Source: Thermoplasmatales archaeon (GTDB taxonomy: Archaea; Thermoplasmatota; Thermoplasmata; Thermoplasmatales; Thermoplasmataceae). Taken from it: 64,000 nucleotides of DNA. The position numbers were made by a program, and so were the translations under genes. The stretch is from the NCBI GenBank assembly GCA_027310185.1, contig DAIDBH010000006.1, forward strand, positions 128,001 through 192,000. The letters are read 5' to 3'. Below, in pieces: positions 58,503 through 64,000 of this stretch. Below the pieces are notes generated by a model that was given only the letters and a program-made list of their open reading frames with translations, did not search any database and was not told the DNA's origin. Each line of letters opens with the position of its first letter. The first letter of the stretch is position 1.

Positions 58503-61391
58503 ATGAAAACTCCTATAACTGAGGATAAGGCAGTTAGTGAGATTATAGGTGCACTTCTCCTGTTTGCCATTGTAAGTGTTCTTCTGACGAGCTTTATTCT
58601 GTGGTATGTGCCAAGCACCAGCACAAATAATGAGGTTAACTTTCAAATGGACACCGAATCCTCGCTCATTTCCCTGGAGACAAAGATGTTGAGCCAGAAA
58701 ATCAACCCTGGAGACTCAATTTCTGAAAATGTACCACTTGGCATAAGTGGCACTCCCCCTTTCATTCCAGCGGAAAGTACCAACATTTATTACTCGAGTA
58801 ACTTCAATGCTACTCTTTCATATTCCCTCGAGATGAACTATACAAAACAGATACAGAAAAAAGTTGACTCTGTTGTTTCCTGTGCAAACACCAGTTCAAA
58901 AAACATTATGAATAACATGGAGATTTCAGAAATTGACCACTATGAAGTGAAATTTAAGGAAAATGGATTGAAGGCTGGCAGATACTGGGACGTACAGTTA
59001 AACGGTGTGTCAAAGTCTTCAAGCCCATTGACTTCTTCATCTTCTGGAATCCTGAGTTTCTGCCTTCCCAGAGGTGAATACACTTTCAGGATAAGTTCTG
59101 ATAGCAAAAGTTTCAAGCCTGATCCTTCGAGAGGAATTGTCTTTGTAAACACTTCATCACTTTCTATTCCCGTGGTATTTACATGTAATCTAAATCAGAC
59201 AGTTATTTCTGGTAATTTCGGCGAAATATCTGATTTAAGTTCAAACAATTTCAACCACATAAGTCCCTATTATGGCAATTGCGCAGAAACGAATAACTCA
59301 TATGGAAAGAAAATTTGCCTGAATAACTGGCTTGGAAACAGCTCGGATGAGATGAGAATAGGAGATATAAATTATTACAGGCTTGCCTCCCAGCAATTTA
59401 CAGTTGGTTCTTCCTATGAGTCCGTAAATTATGTTGAATTTATGCTGGAACCTAATCTGGAATATGGAAACCAGTTCATGCAGGGCAAATCGTCACTGTA
59501 CATCAATATTGGAAAAAGCATGTGGGGATCGGCAGTATCAGGGTCAGGAAAGGTCATTAATCTAAAAAGGAATACAAACACTACCTCCTATACGAAAGGT
59601 GATATTATGGAAAAGGTGAACCTTGCAAACTGTATACTTTTGGGTACTCAGCATCCCTACGTAAGAAATTATTACCTAAATTTCTGGGAATCCGTAAATG
59701 AGAGTTCCACATCTTCGGGTAAGCAGAATAACACCTTTGGCATTAAATATGACAATAACAGCGTGGGTTTTGGATATGGACCCAATGAATTTCTGGCATC
59801 ATCAGGTAATCAACCATGTGTAGAGGGAGTTGACACCGCTTATGCATTCGCTGCTCAGATCAAATGTAATGTCTCTTCCTATGTAGATGAAGGCTCAATA
59901 ATGCATGAATTCGACTGCTTCAACATTACAGGAGAGAATATGAAATCACTTTCAGATCCTTATTTCTTCTTAATAGGCTATAATACAACATGCGGTTCAT
60001 CCACACTTCATATTACTGAGAATGGACTGCCTGCAGACACGATCTCAAACCTGGGATGGAAGATGTGTGTTGGCGAAAACAGTTATTCAGTTAACAGCAA
60101 TTCTTTAACCATACAGGATCTATGCAATTTTCAATATTCAATCTATATTCCTAATCATGGTGAATATGTTCCTGATATTGTAAATGGAGTCTTATCAATT
60201 CACAGTGGCTGTAATTCACTTTCCATTAATTTTACAAACCCACGCAGTGAACTCAAAGATGCTTCTGGAATCTCAGATCAGGGAATACAGTGTATTAAAT
60301 TAACCCATCCTGAACAGTTTAACTGCATCTCCATGTACTTTTTTAATTTCACGCATAATGAATTACACAATTCACCTGAAAAAACCGGTTCCTATGTTAA
60401 GGTTTCTCTTTACAATACTGATAGTGGACTTCAATTTTTCAAAGTATCCAGGATAATCAAGGTGGATGGCACTGGATATTACAATATCCACTTCTTTGAT
60501 AGATCTTACGGAAATGGGGCTTACCGCATTCATACCGGGACATATTATTTATCTGCATCTGAAGTTGATCGTAATGGAACTCCTTCAGCGTCCGATAATT
60601 CCGGCTGGGGCTTCACTACATCAGGAGGTTATGATAGTTATATTCGAGAAGTTTCGCAGGACCTGGTTTTGAAAAGTGCCAATAACAGTTGTGATTCCAT
60701 AATCACGCCTTACTATGCAATACAACCCTGCCTCTCGAAGACTACGAATCAGTCATTTATATATTCAATAAGGTACGTGAATGATGAAATATTTTCACAC
60801 AAATGCCAGAGGATCATAACCAGGGATATAAGTGAGGGAGGAGCAATTATTTCATCTGGTTCAACAGAGTTTACGCATTCTAGCGATTTCGTACTAGGAG
60901 ATGGCATGTTCTTCTCTACAGGTTCACAGGGTAGGGAATTGAGTGTCGGTGAATTACCATTAAATCTTTTTATAAATTCAAATGGAACATCCATGAAGAG
61001 TGCAATATATGGCATGAAAATAACTGGCGGGATTCCAACGTCCGAAAGTAACACAGGCAGTTCCTACCTGTCCATGAGGGAAAGTTACCGGGATGTTCAC
61101 AACCTTGAGCTAATGCATTCTTATGCATGTGATAATAACACAATGATCATAACCGGCCTTAACCTCATGGATTATAATTACACCATAGAATCTCACTTTG
61201 CAAATATTCTGGGAAAGAGTTTTTACAGTATGCTTGAAGGTATTAAGGGAACGCCTGAAAGATTCACTGTGAATGCAGGGCTTTCTTTCACAGCCCATAA
61301 GGATCTGGAGACAATAAAGAATTTTAAGGGTGACCTGAAATTGAACTCATTTTCCTGTACAGAACTGGGATTCAGAATCGATTCTATTTGA
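58503..61391 (+). CDS. Very large archaeal type IV pilin-like surface glycoprotein (paralog 2)
   Basis: KA|VSEIIGALLLFAI; colinear with paralog 1 (LWYVPST, LGISGTPPF, LASQQF, GYGPNEF, terminal DSI). Start placed at ATG 58503. Confidence 0.85.
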   Translation: MKTPITEDKAVSEIIGALLLFAIVSVLLTSFILWYVPSTSTNNEVNFQMDTESSLISLETKMLSQKINPGDSISENVPLGISGTPPFIPAESTNIYYSSNFNATLSYSLEMNYTKQIQKKVDSVVSCANTSSKNIMNNMEISEIDHYEVKFKENGLKAGRYWDVQLNGVSKSSSPLTSSSSGILSFCLPRGEYTFRISSDSKSFKPDPSRGIVFVNTSSLSIPVVFTCNLNQTVISGNFGEISDLSSNNFNHISPYYGNCAETNNSYGKKICLNNWLGNSSDEMRIGDINYYRLASQQFTVGSSYESVNYVEFMLEPNLEYGNQFMQGKSSLYINIGKSMWGSAVSGSGKVINLKRNTNTTSYTKGDIMEKVNLANCILLGTQHPYVRNYYLNFWESVNESSTSSGKQNNTFGIKYDNNSVGFGYGPNEFLASSGNQPCVEGVDTAYAFAAQIKCNVSSYVDEGSIMHEFDCFNITGENMKSLSDPYFFLIGYNTTCGSSTLHITENGLPADTISNLGWKMCVGENSYSVNSNSLTIQDLCNFQYSIYIPNHGEYVPDIVNGVLSIHSGCNSLSINFTNPRSELKDASGISDQGIQCIKLTHPEQFNCISMYFFNFTHNELHNSPEKTGSYVKVSLYNTDSGLQFFKVSRIIKVDGTGYYNIHFFDRSYGNGAYRIHTGTYYLSASEVDRNGTPSASDNSGWGFTTSGGYDSYIREVSQDLVLKSANNSCDSIITPYYAIQPCLSKTTNQSFIYSIRYVNDEIFSHKCQRIITRDISEGGAIISSGSTEFTHSSDFVLGDGMFFSTGSQGRELSVGELPLNLFINSNGTSMKSAIYGMKITGGIPTSESNTGSSYLSMRESYRDVHNLELMHSYACDNNTMIITGLNLMDYNYTIESHFANILGKSFYSMLEGIKGTPERFTVNAGLSFTAHKDLETIKNFKGDLKLNSFSCTELGFRIDSI

Positions 61392-61476
61392 GGCGCCAAA
61401 TAATGTCTATAAAATTTATTTTTTATAAAAAATGAGATAAACTTCACTGAAATTATTCTTTAAAAACATAGGGATA

Positions 61477-62025
61477 TTAATCAAATTCATTGTTGAACTT
61501 GTCATCAAAGCTCTTCATTGAACTTTCAATCTGCTTCTTTGCTTCCGCCGCATCCCCATAGTCAGATACACTGGTCTTTTTTCCTTCAAGGATCTTGTAG
61601 GTTTCAAAGAAATTCTTTATCTCCTTAAGCAGATGTGGATTTACATCCTTGATATCCTTCATATTAGTAAAAGATGGATCTTTTGAGGCTACGCCAATAA
61701 TCTTGTCATCCCTGTCTCCTCCATCAATCATGTGCATAACGCCCACGGGCCTTACCTTCACAATTGTACCTGGATATAATGGAAAACTTGTGAGTACGAT
61801 AACATCTATGGGGTCACCATCATCATAGTATGTTCGCGGAACGAAGCCATAATCTGCAGGATACATAACTGATGAATGAAGAACCCTGTCTAACATTATT
61901 CCAGGACCTTCTTTGTTGACCTCATATTTGTTTCTGCTTCCCTTGGGAGTTTCTATTACAGCATAAAATTCTTCCGGGGCATCATCACCAGGAGATGTTG
62001 TAATCCATAAACTGTTATTTGCCAT
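61477..62025 (-). CDS. ppa: Inorganic pyrophosphatase (family I)
   Basis: IETPKGSRNKYE, YP.DYGF.PRT, DGDPIDV and FFETYK motifs. Start placed at MANN (62025). Confidence 0.97.
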   Translation of the reverse strand: MANNSLWITTSPGDDAPEEFYAVIETPKGSRNKYEVNKEGPGIMLDRVLHSSVMYPADYGFVPRTYYDDGDPIDVIVLTSFPLYPGTIVKVRPVGVMHMIDGGDRDDKIIGVASKDPSFTNMKDIKDVNPHLLKEIKNFFETYKILEGKKTSVSDYGDAAEAKKQIESSMKSFDDKFNNEFD

Positions 62026-62154
62026 AGTCAATGATTGCACCATTATTATTAATTCTATCATTCACAATTCAATTAGGATATTCAAACCGGTTTTGACTGG
62101 AATATGGCGAAATCTCTATGAACGCTTATATACGCGGATTACCTTTTCTTCACT

Positions 62155-63096
62155 GTGATGGAGAACAAATACTCGCAGGTTTACAAGAAGCAGCATTATG
62201 GCCTTGTAGGAAAACATTCAGCAGTAAAGGTATGCCACTGGACAAAAAGTGAAATGACTGGTGGCGCATCCTGCTATAAGGGGACGTTTTATGGAATAAA
62301 CTCACATCAATGCATTCAGATGACCCCTGCTCTCAATTCATGCACTGAAAATTGTTCATTTTGCTGGAGATTCAATGGGTTTGACAGCATGCATATTGGG
62401 GACGAGGATGACCCGGAATTCATATTGAATGAAAGCATAAAAGCACACTTGAAATTGATTTCAGGGTTCAAGGGTAATCCGAAGGTAACCGAAGAAAAGT
62501 GGAAGGAAGCGTCAAATCCAAAGCACATTGCCATATCACTCACGGGAGAACCCACTCTTTACACAAGGCTGGGCGAATTCATAGAGCTGGCCCATAAAAG
62601 AGGTATGTCAACCTTCCTCGTGACCAATGGAACCCTTCCGATGGTTCTTGAGAAACTTCACCCATTACCCACCCAGCTCTATGTGACGACAGCTGGACCT
62701 GATAAGAAAACATTCAATGAACTCCTGAATCCAGCCATGGGAAATGCATGGGAAAATTTCCAGAAAACGCTTGAGCTCATGCCATCACTGGATACAAGAA
62801 AGGTTATAAGACACACACTTGTCAAGGATTTCAACATGCCATTTATTGATGAATATGCAAGGATGGATAGTATTGCGCAACCTGATTTCATAGAATCAAA
62901 GGGTTATGTACATGTTGGACAATCCATAGCAAGGCTATCTATAGATAACATGCCATCGCATAATGATATCATGGACTTTACCGTAAAACTTGGTGAGAAG
63001 GTTGGATATGAAGTAGTTGCGGAAAGAAGGGAGAGCAGGGTATCATTGCTTGCAAAAGATCCATCCAAGGCAAAAATAGATTTTAACAGCATTTAA
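62155..63096 (+). CDS. taw1: 4-demethylwyosine synthase (radical SAM)
   Basis: HSAVKVCHW, CYK..FYGI.SH.C.QMTP, CTENCSFCWR and SLTGEPT motifs. Confidence 0.96.
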   Translation: MMENKYSQVYKKQHYGLVGKHSAVKVCHWTKSEMTGGASCYKGTFYGINSHQCIQMTPALNSCTENCSFCWRFNGFDSMHIGDEDDPEFILNESIKAHLKLISGFKGNPKVTEEKWKEASNPKHIAISLTGEPTLYTRLGEFIELAHKRGMSTFLVTNGTLPMVLEKLHPLPTQLYVTTAGPDKKTFNELLNPAMGNAWENFQKTLELMPSLDTRKVIRHTLVKDFNMPFIDEYARMDSIAQPDFIESKGYVHVGQSIARLSIDNMPSHNDIMDFTVKLGEKVGYEVVAERRESRVSLLAKDPSKAKIDFNSI

Positions 63097-63136
63097 ACAC
63101 ATACTTATTTTTATTCCATAAAAGAATACACTGTGG

Positions 63137-64000
63137 ATGTTAGATTATACTTTTACTGAGGAGCAGGAACTGTTGAGGACTACAGTTAGAGAATTCTGCA
63201 ACAGGGAGATAAAGCCAAGAATTAAGGATATGATAAAAAACAGAAGGATTCCTTCTGAAATTATAAAGGGAATGGCTGAACTTGGAATACTCGGAATGAC
63301 CATACCTGAGAAATATGGAGGGCCAGGTTACGACGCGGTGACTGTAGGTATAGTTGCTGAGGAAATCGGAAGAGCAGATCCTACAGTTTCAATACCGGTA
63401 TTTTTTCTTGTTGACAATGCATGGTCATATCTCATTTCAAAATATGGATCTGAAAGGTTAAAGACAGAATTTCTGCCAGATGTGGCTAAAGGCAGGAAGA
63501 TAATTGGAATTGCATCAACAGAACCAAATTTTGGATCTGATGTTGCATCCATGACCACTGTGGCGAAAAAAAGTAGCAGAGGTTATTTGGTTAATGGTGA
63601 AAAAAGTTACATAAGCCTTGTGCGCGACATAAAGGAGATGGGAGGTGGGTACGTAACGGTAACAAAGACTGCTCCTGAGAAACCCGGTACCTCTGGAACT
63701 TCCCTCATATTCCTCCCTTATTCTGAAGGGCATTTTGATATAACCTATCTTGAAGAAATGGGCAGAGAAGGTTCAAGCTGGGGTGCATTCAGGATAAAAG
63801 ATTATGAGGTTCCCGAGCACTACCTTATAGGAAAGGAGAATGAGGGTTTCAAGATTATCCATGAGGGATTTGAATTTGCAAGAGCCCTGATTTCAGTAAT
63901 AAGTGCGGGAACTGCGCTGGAATCCATAAACAGAGGAATAGAATACATGAAGCAGAGGGTGGCCTTTGGAAAACCTCTTACCAAATTCCAGGGACTCCAG
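63137..64000 (+). CDS. Acyl-CoA dehydrogenase, 3'-partial (not in ORF track)
   Basis: MLDYTFTEEQELLR..VREF, IPEKYGG, STEPNFGSDV, NGEKSYIS and R.AFGKPL.KFQG; open to the window end. Confidence 0.93.
   Translation, partial: MLDYTFTEEQELLRTTVREFCNREIKPRIKDMIKNRRIPSEIIKGMAELGILGMTIPEKYGGPGYDAVTVGIVAEEIGRADPTVSIPVFFLVDNAWSYLISKYGSERLKTEFLPDVAKGRKIIGIASTEPNFGSDVASMTTVAKKSSRGYLVNGEKSYISLVRDIKEMGGGYVTVTKTAPEKPGTSGTSLIFLPYSEGHFDITYLEEMGREGSSWGAFRIKDYEVPEHYLIGKENEGFKIIHEGFEFARALISVISAGTALESINRGIEYMKQRVAFGKPLTKFQGLQ

Noticed and set aside
1-64000. tRNA, rRNA, CRISPR arrays, IS elements, integrases, inteins
   Set aside because: None recognised by eye; tRNAscan-SE, Infernal and CRISPR finders would be needed to exclude them formally.

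Overview
Gene-dense archaeal chromosomal window, most likely Thermoplasmatales. This is inferred from the mevalonate-3-kinase, tricorn-interacting aminopeptidase, CoaD-NTPase fusion, single-OB SSB, TBP, archaeal TGT and Taw1; a Cuniculiplasma-like lineage is plausible but not provable here. Most of the window is housekeeping: tRNA modification, replication, purine and folate metabolism, and transport. I saw no tRNA, rRNA, CRISPR array or mobile element. Highlights outside the ORF track: (1) a TPP riboswitch whose aptamer 3' end holds the SD and AUG of a 25-codon uORF overlapping the start of the downstream MFS gene; (2) three genes that appear to lack ATG/GTG/TTG starts, two with ACG at the leaderless position (one a hidden winged-HTH gene) and one with CTG; (3) a mycobacterial Sdh1-like succinate dehydrogenase operon followed by an unannotated 56-aa membrane ORF; (4) two ~960-aa paralogous pilin-like surface proteins flanking a DsrE-TauE pair; (5) an intact Dam-like gene with no DPPY catalytic motif; (6) an Sm-fold microprotein next to MscS, a CBS-HPF-like candidate hibernation factor and an unannotated Sec61-beta. 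All calls come from motif reading by eye; no searches were run.
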